Shown one piece after another: positions 38,569-54,800 of a DNA stretch of 64,000 bases. The stretch covers positions 2,528,001 to 2,592,000 of the forward strand of contig CM000153.2 in NCBI GenBank assembly GCA_000004695.1, in the 5' to 3' direction. Below the pieces are notes generated by a model, which saw only the letters and a program-made list of their open reading frames with translations, made no database searches and was not told the DNA's origin. Made by a program: the position numbers and the translations under genes. This stretch comes from Dictyostelium discoideum (lineage: Eukaryota). How positions within the stretch are numbered: the stretch's first letter is position 1; every line of letters starts with the position of its first letter.

Positions 38569-38856
38569 TTAAATGTGTAATTGGACATCAATACCAAGGA
38601 TATTTAGAGAAAGATCAATTAAATTAGAATCTGTATTTATTTGAACATTGTTTCCACTTTGTTGTGTTTGATTGGATAGTTGATTTACTGATTTGAAGTT
38701 GTTTTGGCTTGATTTAACATTACCTAAAGATGAAATTGATTCTTTAAAAATATGTTTTTGTAAAAAATATTTTTTTTTTTTTTTTTTTGTTAGTTGTTTT
38801 TTTTTTTTTTTATTATTTAAATCAACTTTTAAAATTTTAAACTTACTGTATAACAT
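38569..38856 (-). CDS. HssA/2C/7E-family-like small protein (about 60 aa), unit 3. Exons: 38856..38847, 38741..38569
   Basis: Same structure as unit 2. Product MLYKSISSLGNVKSSQNNFKSVNQLSNQTQQSGNNVQINTDSNLIDLSLNILGIDVQLHI*. An alternative acceptor at 38725/38724 is also in frame. Confidence 0.5.
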   Translation of the reverse strand: MLYSKFKILKVDLNNKKKKKQLTKKKKKKYFLQKHIFKESISSLGNVKSSQNNFKSVNQLSNQTQQSGNNVQINTDSNLIDLSLNILGIDVQLHI

Positions 38857-39469
38857 TTTGAAAAATTAATGAAAAAATTAAATTGATACTTGTTTTAATT
38901 TGTATTTGAATTGAAGTGGTTTAAAATTATTTTTCATTTCCTATTTATACTCTTTTTTTTTTTTTTAAATTTTTTTTTTTTTTTTTTACTTATATTAGCA
39001 TAAAATAATATCCAAATACCAAATACTGGTAATTAAAACAATTTAGATATTCTATTATAAAATCGAAAATGTTTTGCTTATTTTTTTTTAAAATAATCGC
39101 CTTTAAATAGTTATAATTTTACAGAATTTTTTTACTAAGAAATGGTATAAGATTAAAAAAAAAATTCTAGATCCAGCAAATTATTGATTTTTAAAAAAAA
39201 AAAAAAAAAAAATTTTGATAAATTTTAAAAATAAATACATTAAAATTTAAGCCTTTAAGGTGAAAAGTAATTTATGCTGCGCAAGTGGGTTGTTGTAATA
39301 AAAAAAAATCTTTATTGTTCAAGAGCTAAATCCACTAACAAATAATAAAATAATCTAAAAAAAAAAAAAAAAATCTAAAATAAAAAAATAAATAAAAAAA
39401 AAAAATTCGATGAAATTTTATTTCATTTTATCATTTAAGATATTTAATGTTTTATATTATAGAAATGAT

Positions 39470-39640
39470 TTTAATGATACCATTTAGAGCACCTTTAAAC
39501 TCGTAATCCAATACCAACACCAAGGATATTTGCAGAAAGAAAAATTAAATCTGTTATTTTTTTAATTTGTATTTGAATTGCAGTGGTTAACAATTTTTTA
39601 TTTCCTATTTATATTCTTTTTATTTTTTTTCTCCCTATAT
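39470..39640 (-). pseudogene. HssA/2C/7E-like unit 4 remnant: only the 3'-terminal coding bases fused directly to the promoter block, with an internal deletion
   Basis: …cacctttaaactcgtaatccaataccaacaccaaggatatttgcagaaag… is followed immediately by tttaatttgtatttgaattgcagtggttaacaatttttta tttcctatttatattc. Confidence 0.5.
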
Positions 39641-40201
39641 GTTAGTATAAAATAAAATAGCAAATACCTAATTAATATATTTTACTTAGATATTAACAAA
39701 TCGAGAATTTTATGTCAGATTTTTTTTTTTTTAAAAAAAAAAAAACGCCTTTAAATAAACCACTTGCACCACCTTTTTTTAAATTAATTATTATCAATAA
39801 TCTACAAAAATAAAATAGATAATTAATTAAACAATATTAATAATTAATAAATAATTATTAATATTATTTATGATAAAATACATTTCTTTCAACAAATCCC
39901 AATATCATATGTAATAATAAAAAAAAAAAAAAAAATCTTACTTAAGAACTGATATGCAATACTAAGAATTCAGAAGTCAAATAATAACCAATAACAATAA
40001 TTACCTTAAGATTTGCCAAAACTTCAAATTACTTTCCACAGAAAGTTTACATGTTTTTAAAAAATAAATAAATTTATTACACCCATTTAACTTTTCCTTC
40101 AAAATAAAAATGAGATGACTGAATAAATTTATCATTATATTTTATTTCAATTAATTATCTTATCTTATTTTATTCTATTTTATTTTAGAGTTTTTTTAAA
40201 A

Positions 40202-43160
<2,959 letters not shown>

Positions 43161-43518
43161 ACATTATTGTTACTTTTTAATTGGTGATATTGATATAAAA
43201 AAAAAAAAATAAAAAAATAAAAAAAAAAAATAAAAAAAAAATGAAAATAAAAAATAAAAAATAAAAAAAAAAAATAAAAAAAATAAAAATAGAACAAAGA
43301 AATAATTTTTTTTTTTTTTAATGTTTTTTTTTTTTTATTTATAAATATACATATCCAAAAAAAAGAAGGAAAAAAAATAAATAAAAAAAATAAATAAATA
43401 AATAATTGGTTTAAATTTAAAAACCAATAATTTTTTTTTTTTTGTTTTTTTTTTTTTTTTTTTTTCTTAATTCCCTTTCTATTTCTATCTTCTCACATAT
43501 ACCATTAAAATCGCGTTT

Positions 43519-44097
43519 TTACTTGGCATATTTTTTAGTCCATTCTTTGGCGGTTTTATTGAATGCATTTCTATCAGTTTTGAATTGTTGAGCGATTTCA
43601 GTTTCCAAAGGATTATCTGGGTTTGGATCAGTAAGAATTGAACGAATTGTTGTAAGAACATCAAGAATCTTTAATTGAGGACTCCATGTTGAGAATACTT
43701 CTGCACAAATTGCTCCATCAGATGTTTTAATATTTGGATGATAGATTTTAGTTGTAAATTTTAATGTTGGTGGTTTGAATGGATAATCAGCTGGAATATC
43801 AATATCCATACTAAATACACCTTTTTCGAATGGAGATCCTTCCTAAAGAAATTTTAAAATTTTAATTGAATTAATAAATTTATTATTAATATTATTTAAT
43901 TTATTTTTAATTATTTATTTCTTATTAATTTAAAACTTACTGGTCCTTGAACAGTTGCTTTCCATTTTTGTAAATTATCATCTACAAGATGAGCTGAACA
44001 CCATGATGGTGGAGTTTTGAGCATATCGGTGATTTCCTAAATAATTGAAAAAAAAAAAAAAAGTAATTAATATAAAAAATAAATGGTAAATAGTTTA

Positions 44098-44131
<34 letters not shown>

Positions 44132-44240
44132 CATATGTCCACTTTTTGTTTTTTTTTGTTTTTTTATTCTATTTTATTTCCTTTTTAATAATGTTTATCA
44201 TTTTAAGACTTACTTTTTGTAAACGTTTGTGAGCTGCCAT
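43519..44240 (-). CDS. Ubiquitin-conjugating enzyme E2, divergent UBC4/5 (UBE2D)-like, about 148 aa. Exons: 44240..44214, 44036..43941, 43842..43519
   Basis: Spliced product MAAHKRLQKEITDMLKTPPSWCSAHLVDDNLQKWKATVQGPEGSPFEKGVFSMDIDIPADYPFKPPTLKFTTKIYHPNIKTSDGAICAEVF…WSPQLKILDVLTTIRSILTDPNPDNPLETEIAQQFKTDRNAFNKTAKEWTKKYAK has the UBC fold motifs (YPFKPP, HPN…C, WSP, DPNPD.PL, EWT.KYA). Donors are GTAAGT (44213, 43940). Acceptors are ttAG (44038/37) and ctttAG (43844/43), all phase 0. Confidence 0.8.
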
Positions 44241-44393
44241 TATTTTGTTTCTGTTATACAAATTATCTATTTATTAAAAAAAGTTTTTATGTGTTTGTGT
44301 GTTTGTATATATATAAATAATATATGATAATAAAACTATGCGAATAAAGTGGTGAAAATTTGTGAAAAAAATTAAAAATTAAAAAAAGTGGGG

Positions 44394-44458
<65 letters not shown>

Positions 44459-44885
44459 TTAAAAAATTAATTAAATTGAAAATAAATAAATAAAATTATT
44501 ATATATCTTTAGAAGTAAACTATACTAAAAAAATATATAAAATTTTTTTTGTGATTGAGAATACACCAGAATAAAAGAAAAAAAAAAAAAAAAAAAATTA
44601 ATTTAATTTTATAAAAAAAAAAAAAAATAAATAAAAAAAATAGAAAAAAAAAAAAAAAAAAAAAAACAAAAAAAAAAAAAAAAATTAAATTTAATTTAAT
44701 GATTTTCAAAAAAAAAAATTATAAGAAAAATTTTAGAATGTGACAGTTCTTAAAATAGTTTGCAAAGATTTTTTGTCATATGAAAAAATATTACTTTTTT
44801 TTTTTTTTTTTTTTTTTATTTTATATTTTTTGTTTATAGTTGTTTTTATTATTATTAATATTATTATTATTATTATTATTATTAC

Positions 44886-44929
<44 letters not shown>

Positions 44930-45153
44930 TAAAATAAACTAATCCAAAATAAAAATTAAAAAAAAAAAAAAAAAAGAAAAAAAAATATCCAAAATAAAAA
45001 TAAAAATAATTGTGGTGAAGTGTTTGTTATTTGCAACCTTTTTAAAGAATTTTATTTTATTTTAATTTTTTATTTTTACAAGTTATTATTATTTTTATTT
45101 TAATTTTTATTTTTATTTTTAATAATCTATTTTTATTTTTTTTTTATTTTTTA

Positions 45154-48100
45154 TTATTTTTTTTTATCCATATGAATAGTTTTATTTCTTACAAATAACC
45201 TAAATTTAGCATCAGTCCTGTTCTTATGTATACAAAAAGCAATTGAAATAATTATAACAGCAGCAAAACCAACTGAACCAATAATAATACCAACAAGTTG
45301 AACAGTTGACAAACCAGATTTACTATTGATATTTGAACAAATAGAGTTATTGTTATTTGATGCTGATTTACTATCGATTAATATAGAAAAATCTATATAA
45401 AAAAAAAAAAAAAATTAAAAAAAATAAAAATTTTTTAAAAAAAAAGTTAGAACCCCAAAGTTTTAAAATTCAATAAAAAAAAAATAAAAAAAAAACATAC
45501 CTGGATCAATAATAATTGAATCACTATAATATGGTAATTGAATACCAATATAAGTTTGAGAAGATGCAGCATTTGTAATTAAATTCATTGATGAATCTAA
45601 TAAAATATTTGAAATTGTTTGAACTGTTGAATCTACGATTGCCCTCTTAATGAATCTACCATATAATGAAACAGTATCAACTTGAAGTTTAATATAATTT
45701 GAAATATCATCATCACTATCACTCGTTACACCAAACTCTTTACTTGAACAAATATCATCACTTTTAGAAGCTGATATTGATGCAGACATAATTAATTGTA
45801 ATTGATTTAATTTACTTGAGAAATCATAATTTGAAATATCGATTGTATATTTTATACTTGATGGATTCATTACCAATTGTTGATTTGCAAATTTAATAAT
45901 TGATTTCTCTTTAAACCATTGTAATGTTGCTGTGATTGTAGTTGTTGTATTTGATTTTGGTATGGTGATATTTGTAACATACTGATTTGTATTACTATCA
46001 ATTTGATTATAAACCCATTTTTCAAATGTATATGTATTAACTATATTTGATTGAAAATCTAATTCTCTTAATGAAACTAATGAAATTAATGATTTAAATA
46101 ATATTGTTTCAGTGTTTGTTTCATTATTATTATTACCACCACCACCACCAATTACTGGAATTTCAGTTGATGGATTTGATGTATTTGTACTTGGTTGTGG
46201 TACAATGATGACTTGAGATGTACAATCAATTCCAACCCATGGTGAATAACAAATACAACCATAGTTTTCTTTACAATATCCATTTTTTGAACCACCACAT
46301 TCTGGTGTACCAGCACATGGAATTCTTGGTTTTATTGGTGGTTTTGGTGATGGATCAATAAAATTATAAACTACTGGATAAACTGTAAATTCATTTGATT
46401 GATTAAGATTATTTAAACTTACGACTTTGATAATGAATGGGTTTGTAGTTGGTTTAATATCATTAATTATTATTGATGTTGAATATGATATAGTTGGTGT
46501 TGAAACTTGTGGAAATACTAAATTACCATCTAAATATTTTATATGAACTTTATAATCAGTTTGAAAATGTTTACCAATAATTAATAATTTACCACCACTT
46601 GATGTAATAATTGAAACTTTTGAAATTAATAACTTTTTAATTAATGGAATATTTGACATATAATAAGAGTTTGGTGAAATACTCATTAATCTCTCACTTG
46701 AGTAACCACCAAAATAACCACCATTATTAATTAAACCATAAACACTAAATAGTATATCAGATTGGTACCCGAATCCATAAGGAAGATCAATTTGGCATTT
46801 ATAATCAATTGTATTATTATTAACAATAGTTTTAATTTCTGAAGTATTAAAAATACCTTCAAGTTGTTTCGAAGTAGCATAAACTATTGGTAATTGATCA
46901 GATTTCAATCCACTTTCTGGATCAGTTACTTGAAACTCGAATAATAAAGTTTGACTATTATCTTGAGATGAGACTACTCTTGAAGATTGGAATGATAATA
47001 ATACTGGTGGTGTTTGATCTTGATAATCATCACAATAAATTGTTATCTTATTAATAGTTGGGTCACCAAAATAATTAATGAAAGGATTCGAAGGTGCATC
47101 AAAACTTTTAGTCATATAAAATTCACATGAATAACCTTGTTTATCAAACAATTCAATTTCAATAATTGAATATGATTGAGTTGCACAAATATCTGGAATT
47201 GTTACAATGATATCATGCTGTCCTAAAAATTCATTACCACTAATAATTGTATTATTTGATAAATTAATAGTATATCTTGAGCCATCCATATCACCTCTTA
47301 CAATAACATGACCATAATCAAATCCATTAATTTCATCTTGAATTGTAACTGACCATTTAATTTGATTTGGATTTTGTGATATACTTTTATCTATTGTTTT
47401 AAAAATTGGTCCATATTGATCAAATCCTTTTTTTAAAAAAAATAAATAATTAGTATTTTTTTTAAAAAAAATAAATAAATAAATAATATTAAAAAACTTA
47501 CTTGATGAAGTTACATATAATTGATTCGATGCTGGAAGTAATTGACTATAAAAGTTTGTATAAATACTTCCTAGTTTAATATTATAATTAAAGTAACCAG
47601 TTTTAACATTTGCAGGTACTCTAAATTCAACTTGAAACAATTTAATTGTTGAATTCCATTTTGCAAAACATTGTTTAGATATTCTTCCATTTAATAATTT
47701 AAAATTGTTTAAAAAAACAACCTCTAGCTCAACATTAGTTTCTGTAACATCTGTAAAATTAAAGTACATTATATTATCAATTGATTTGTTTGTGGTGTTA
47801 AGATTATTATATAAAAATGATACATTTTGAATGAGGTATATATTATATATATTAAATGCAGTTGCATCATAAACAAATTTTGGGGGAATTGAAGAATAGT
47901 AACTTGGTTGACTTGTATAATATGGTGAACTTTTTCCACTTGAACCACGAATTTCAATTGTACCTACACCTGAATTTGTATTTTCGTAAACAAATTCATA
48001 CATTGATGGACCATTAATACCATCACCTTCAACTAATGATCCATATCCATATGGTTTATTATTAATTGTAATAATCCCATTTACAAAATCATCACTAGGT

Positions 48101-49699
48101 GCAATTCTAATTAAATAACAATTTGAATCTAAAATAATCATTTCATAATGTTTCATTGTTGGTGTCGCATCATTTAAAGATACAAGATCTGGAGGTAGAT
48201 TAAGAGGGTTTAAACTTGTCATACCATTATATGGAGTTATAACAAATGTATTCCAAGAACTACTCATTAAACTTAATAAGAATGCTACCTTAAATGAATA
48301 TTTATAGTTTGTACCACTCTCAAATCCAAATGGCCATGGTAAAACTGATTGTATATTATCGATTGAAAAACTATAATCAATAATATCGAAATAAATGGAT
48401 GAGTTAAAATATACTGTAAAATATGTCATATTATTAAATGTACCCAATGTAGTTTTAAGAATGTATATCGTTCCACTTGGAAAATAAGTTTCACTTGATA
48501 TTGCTTTATTAATTTAATATATTAGTAAAATATACAAAATAAAAAAATAAATATATAAAAATACTTACGAATAGATGATAATATTGTAGAGTTAATTTCA
48601 ACTAATGAGGAGCCATATTGTGAAACTACTGCAATTCTCTCATTTGTACCAAAATTTTGTAATGCTCCAAAATACACAGTTCCATTATCATTTTGATAGA
48701 AAGGTAACGTTAAAATACCTCCACTTGCTCGATATAAGAAAATTAGAGGATTAATACCTGTATAATTTGCAGTTATTGAAATAACATTTGAAGCAAAGTA
48801 TGAAAATTTTTGAAACATAGGACTGTCTGGGTAATACATAACCTGATTATCTGAATTACTTGAATCTAATAATTTTTTTTTTTTTTTAATTTATTAATAT
48901 GTGTATGTTAATTCTGATAATAATATTAAATGATAATAATATTTACAATAAAGATAAGATGATGGCACTGTAAAATTAAATTGGTAATCAATAAAATAAA
49001 TTGAACAGGTAACATCTTGATTGAAAATTGTGATATTTAAGGGTCTTAAGATAATATATGTTGCTTTATTTGAATCTGAATTAACTAAAACTGAATAACC
49101 ATTTGTTGATATAATTAAATTATTTGATTTATACTTTAAACCGCTTAATATAACATATCCACTATATGCTGTAGGATCAAGATCTGCTAATATATTTGGA
49201 ATATACTTTATTTTTATTGAATTCATATCATATACTAAATTAAATAAATTAATATTTATTTTTATTTTTTTTTTTTCTTATTTTTTTTTTTTTTTTTTTC
49301 CTTAAACATACATTCGCAATTAAAATTAATAATTGTTGACGCATTAATTAAACCTAAATTTGAAGTTAAAGAAATTGAATTTTGACCATTTGGTACATCT
49401 GAGACTAAAATTTTATCAATTTGAGTTATTTGATCATTAAAAACCTTTAAACTTGTTATGGATAATGAACTGTCACTTGAAATTGTAAAAAGGCCACCAG
49501 TACCATTAGATATCACAGAACGAATAAAGAAATCAAAATTACAAGTATTTTTATTTGAATCTATTGGATATTTATTGTATGTCAAAAATGATGGATCTGA
49601 TACATCTTTTACTTCAATTGATTGACCATTTAATAAATTAATTAATATAAATTGAAAAAATAATAAATAAATAATATATTTATTATTATCTCTCTTCAT
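45154..49699 (-). CDS. Large type I transmembrane glycoprotein with IPT/TIG-like repeats and one EGF-like module (Tgr/LagC-family-like), about 1404 aa. Exons: 49699..49312, 49234..48947, 48865..48569, 48503..45501, 45392..45154
   Basis: Signal peptide (MKRDNNKYIIYLLFFQFILINLLNGQS). IPT-like motifs are present (…VSIITSSGGKLLIIGKHF…). An EGF-like module is present (CAGTPECGGSKNGYCKENYGCICYSPWVGIDCTSQ). A C-terminal TM helix (LVGIIIGSVGFAAVIIISIAFCI) is followed by a short basic tail. All four introns keep phase 1 with GTATGT/GTAAAT/GTAAGT donors and AG acceptors. Total 4215 nt (1405 codons including stop). Confidence 0.7.
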
Positions 49700-50376
49700 T
49701 TCTTTATTTGTTTCTTCACTTTGATTTTTATTTTATTTTATTTTTATTTTATTTATTTTATTATTTTATTTTATTTTATTATTTTATTTTTTTTTTTTTT
49801 TTATTTTTTTATTTTTTTTTTTCTTGTGTATGAAGTAATGATATTTTTAAAGATATTTTTTGACGGTTTGTTTTTTTTTTGATTTTTTTGTTCAACCCAA
49901 AGTTTTTATATTATTGGAATTGATTTTTTTTTTTTTTTTTTTTTATTCGATTTGGAATATTTTTCATGAGTTACGATTATTTTATTGCACAACACTCTAG
50001 ATTTTTTTTTTAATCAATTTATTCGTTTTTAATTAAATTAATTCATTATTTTTTTTTTTTTAACATTTTTTTTTGGTGGCAGGGTTTAGATTTTTCTAAG
50101 ATATTTTTTTTAATCAATTTCTGAAGGTTGTGTGAAAGAAAAAAAAATATTTATAATTAATGATCTTTGGAAGGATAATTTTTTTTTTTTTTTTTACTAT
50201 AATATTTTTTTATTTTTAATAATTTATAAAAATAGTTTTTCTCTTTCTTTTTTTTTTTTTTTTACCTTTGGTTAAAACATATACAAAAAAAAAAAAAAAT
50301 TAGTTAAATTTATTGATTTTTATTTTATTTTTAATATTCAATTAATTGGAGTTATTTTGTTGGTATCATATTTTTA

Positions 50377-50408
<32 letters not shown>

Positions 50409-50441
50409 TTTTTTTATTTTTTTATTTTTTTTTTTTTTGAT

Positions 50442-50909
50442 TTATTTAATATTTCTTATAATTAATCTATTTTCATAAGTTCTAATTTCATTTAAAGCAG
50501 ATTCCAATTCATTACATAAATGTTTTAAATTATTTGGATCAGTTTGTAGTAAATGTTCAATTGGATTATCAGAACCACATTTTGTAATTAATTTTAATAA
50601 ATAGATTGGATTAATTGATGAACCTAAACTACGATTAGCTATTTGAGTATCTAATCTCCATTCTAAATTTTGATAATGATCTAAATGTGGATAAAACTCT
50701 TGTAATGTATTTCTAATATCTTTTCTATTATCAAAATAACTCTCTCTCAATATTTCTATAACTTCATCGCTTAATTTAATTGGTGCTAATGTATCATTAA
50801 AATCATTTTCATTTAACATAAATCTTGTACATTCTGAAAATAAATATGTAATTGAATCAACTAAACTTTCAATTTTATCTGCTGCTATATTTAGTTTCTC
50901 TAAAAAAAA

Positions 50910-50941
<32 letters not shown>

Positions 50942-51226
50942 AAAAACATATATATATATTAATAATTAAAATAAATAATATATAGATATATAATATTATA
51001 ACTAATTACATACGTGATGCTCCCATATATAATTTTTTATTTGAACCTTTTTTTATAAATTCTAATGCAATTTTACAAAATTCACTTATGACTATATTGG
51101 TTAAAAAAAAAAAATTAGTATTGACAAAATAAAAAAAAAGAAAATAAAAGTTATCATACTTTCAGCTGATAATGATCTTAATGATGATAAATCTTGTTTA
51201 TGTGTATTATCTAATTCTATAATCAT
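50442..51226 (-). CDS. Small protein with a C-terminal COMM-domain-like region (COMMD-like), about 200 aa. Exons: 51226..51160, 51091..51014, 50899..50442
   Basis: Product [64 protein letters not shown]…[29 protein letters not shown]…[17 protein letters not shown]. Donors are GTATGA (51159) and GTATGT (51013). Acceptors are atatAG (51093/92) and tttAG (50901/900), phase 1. Total 603 nt. The COMM assignment is tentative. Confidence 0.5.
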
Positions 51227-51688
51227 TTTTTTTTTTTTTTGAGTTTATTTATAAATATATAATTTTGTACAATGAGAGACTGAAAAAAGTTAAAAAAATA
51301 AAATAAAATTAAAAAAAAAAAAAATCAAAAAAATCTTTTTTTTTATTTTTTTTTTTTTTTTTTTTTCTTCTCCTTTTTCTAAAAACATAAATAATAAAAA
51401 ATAAATTCTAAATGAATTTATTTTTAAAATATACAATTAAAGAATCATATAATTTTAAAAAAACAATAAATTGCACACTGTGATTTTTAGTGATTAATTT
51501 TTTTTTTTTTTTTAATTTTAATAATAATAATAATTAATTATTTTTGCCAATTTTATTTGGGAATGGCCATTAGACAATAAAATTATTTTATTTTATTATT
51601 TTTAACTTTTTTTTATTTTTTTTTATTTTTATTTTAATTTTTATTTTATTATTATTTTAATAATAAATTAAAAATAAATATTTATATA

Positions 51689-51781
<93 letters not shown>

Positions 51782-51814
51782 GTTATATTATTTATTATTA
51801 TTATTTATTATTAT

Positions 51815-54800
51815 TTAATTTGATTCATCATCATTATCAATATTTTGTTTTGATTCACTTGCTTTAACTAAACTATAATAAATTGAATCTTGATTTTTTA
51901 ATAATTCAGAAGGAGAATCATATTCGATTAATTCACCTTTATCTAAAACCATAATTTTATCACTATCAGCGATAGTTCCAAGTCTATGAGCAATTGTTAA
52001 AACTGTACAATCGGCGAATTTAGTACGAATGGTTTCTTGAATTAAAGCATCACTTGCGATATCTATACTTGAGGAAGCTTCATCCAATACGATGATATTT
52101 GCTTTCTTTAAGAGAGCACGACCAATTACCAATAGTTGACGTTGACCAACACTGAAATTATCACCACCATCTTGAACCATAGCATCCAAACCACCATCTA
52201 AATCTTTGATTGCTTTCAAGAGATGAGCATTCTCAATGGCTTCCCAAATTTCATGATCATCATATTGATCGAATGGATCGAGATTGTAACGAACACTACC
52301 GGCGAATAAAACTGGATCTTGTGGAATGATAGCCATACGACTACGAAGTGGATTTAAACCCAACTCGGTGATATCGATGCCATCGATTTCAATGGTACCA
52401 CGTAATGGTTCAACCAAACGGAAGAGTGCTTGAGTTAATGATGATTTACCTGCACCTGTTCTACCAACGATACCAACTTTAGTTTTTGGTTCAATGGTAC
52501 AATTGATACCACGTAACACTGGATCTAATCCTTCACGATAAGTTAACCAAAGATTCTTGAATACTATCTTACCATGTGATGGCCAACTCATTGGTACTGA
52601 TTTATCATTGAACAATGGTGCTTCTGATGGAAGTAAACAATATTCTTGAATTCTTTCAATTGAAACTACACTATTCTCAAGATCACATGACATTCTAACC
52701 ATCCAATTCATATTACCAGTGATTGCCAATGCGTAGGTAATCACTAAACCAGCTGTACCAGCTTCAATTCTTGATCTTGCCAATACTGTATATAACACTG
52801 CGCAACTTACTAAACATGCACCAAGGAATTCCAAACGAATGGCTAACCATCTATTTGAGGAGATATTGATATAGTAACATTTTTGATTCTCATCCAATAG
52901 ACGTTCATTCTCTGTTACAAATCTTGCGACATCCTTGAATGCTCTAATTGTAGTTACACCTGCTAAAGTTTCACTGAAATGAGCATAGATTGGTGATCTA
53001 CTAACACCCTCTAAACGAGTTAATTCTCTTGAGGAATTTAAATAATACTTTTGAATGAAATAAAATAATGCTCCAACTGGCACCATTGCAAGTATAATGA
53101 ATGGTGATACCCATGCAATTACAATGATTGATCCAACCACTTGACAAAATGTATTTAAAAACATACCCAATGTACGTGCAATCGATTCATCAATAGTTAA
53201 TTGATCCTTTGAGAAACGATTTAAAATTCTTCCAATTGGTGTTGTATCAAAGAATGACATTGGTGAAAGAATGACTGCTTTAAACATTTTCTCATGGAAA
53301 AGTTTTGAACCTTTAATTGAACCAAATACCATTGAGAATGAACGTAAAAATGTTGCTGCAATTGTACCACAACTAAATGCCACATAAATACTAAGATAAT
53401 ATTTTGCTTTTTCATTATCTTCAACAGTTGATGATGATGATAAACTAATACTACCACTACCACTACCATTACCATTACCACCATAACTATTTGTCCAAAT
53501 TGATATCCACCAATTTGCTAAAATTGATAACAATTGTGTAAGAACATAGAAACCAATTATACAAGTTGCTAATAATACACCAATAGCTTTGAAATATGAA
53601 AGATATATTTTGAATGAAACTTTACCCTCTTGTTTAGTTTCAACTGAAATGATTTTATTCTTATCTTGTGGTTTAGCATTAACAGTTGTAATTGGTTTTA
53701 ATGAAACACCACTACCACTGTTATTTAATTTCTTATTAATTGAAGTTGGTAATTTCTTTAATAATCTTAATGGTTGTTTTAATACTGATGATTTCTCACC
53801 CTTTTGTAATGGTGTTTGAATATTTTCACCACCATCAATATCAATATCTTCCATTAATTCTCTTTCATCTTGTTCATCTTCTTCTGGTGTTCTAGTAGTT
53901 TGTAAAATACTACCAGATGCAATATCATCACCATCAATATTTCTATTTGATGATGGTGATGGTGATCTTGATCTTGATTTTCTTAAAACTTTTTCTAATA
54001 AATTTTCATTTTCACCTTCCTCTTCTTCATTTTGTTCTTCATTATTTTCACTTTCTTTATTATCGCCACCACCAATTTGTTCATTACTATCAGATGATTT
54101 ATCAGGAGCTTGTTGTTGTTGTAATTGTTGTTGTTGTTCATCATGTGACATTAATTCAGTGAAATGACTACCAGCTTCGATTAAAGTATTGAAATCACCT
54201 TCTTCAACAATTCTACCATCTTTCATTAAAATGATTCTATCGACATATGGTAAATAATGAACAGCATGAGTTACTAATATTCTAGTTTTATTACAAAGTA
54301 TACCATCTTGATTTGAGAGTACATTTTTAAAGATAGCTTTACCAACATGAGCGTCAACTGCTGATAATGGATCATCGAATATATAGATATCAGCATTGTT
54401 ATAGACTGCACGAGCTATTGAAACACGTTGTTTTTGACCACCTGATAAATTGATACCTTTTTCACCGATTTCAGTTTGATCACCACCTGGTAAAATTTTA
54501 ATATCAGGTTCAAGACAACATGCTTGAACCACTGATTGATATTTATCTTGATTTAATTCTTTCGCGAATAGGATATTATTCTTTAAAGTGGCATTTTGAA
54601 TCCAAGCTTGTTGACTAACCAATGCAACTGAACCATTGACAGCAACGGTACCCTTGGTTTTATCTAAATCACCAACTAAACTACTGACAATACTTGATTT
54701 ACCTGAACCAACTTGACCAACGATTGCAACTAATTCACCTTTTTTAATAGTTAAATTTATATCATGAAGTATTGGTTTATTTGGTTCCCATTCCAAGGTT

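Larger units (their letters stand above)
36600..39650. repeat. Tandem array of four ~0.9-1.0 kb units, each carrying a small two-exon gene of the HssA/2C/7E-like family plus a conserved TATA-containing promoter block
   Basis: Conserved blocks recur at 36661-37090, 37540-37960, 38560-38990 and 39470-39640. Each has the coding exon 2 (…cctaaagatgaaattgattctttaaaaat…), exon 1 (ctgtataacat on the plus strand, ATGTTATACAG on the minus strand) and a promoter block (tttaatttgtatttgaattgaagtggtttacaattatttttcatttcctatttatactc, with TATAAATAGG on the minus strand). Confidence 0.8.

Noticed and set aside
36600-39650. Possibility that the ~1-kb tandem array is a CRISPR-like or satellite array
   Set aside because: The units are about 1 kb, each contains a promoter plus a spliced protein-coding gene, and the genome is eukaryotic. 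This is a tandem gene family, not a CRISPR array.
44509-44937. ORFs 44509..44709(-) and 44740..44937(+)
   Set aside because: Homopolymer and (ATT)n translations in intergenic DNA.
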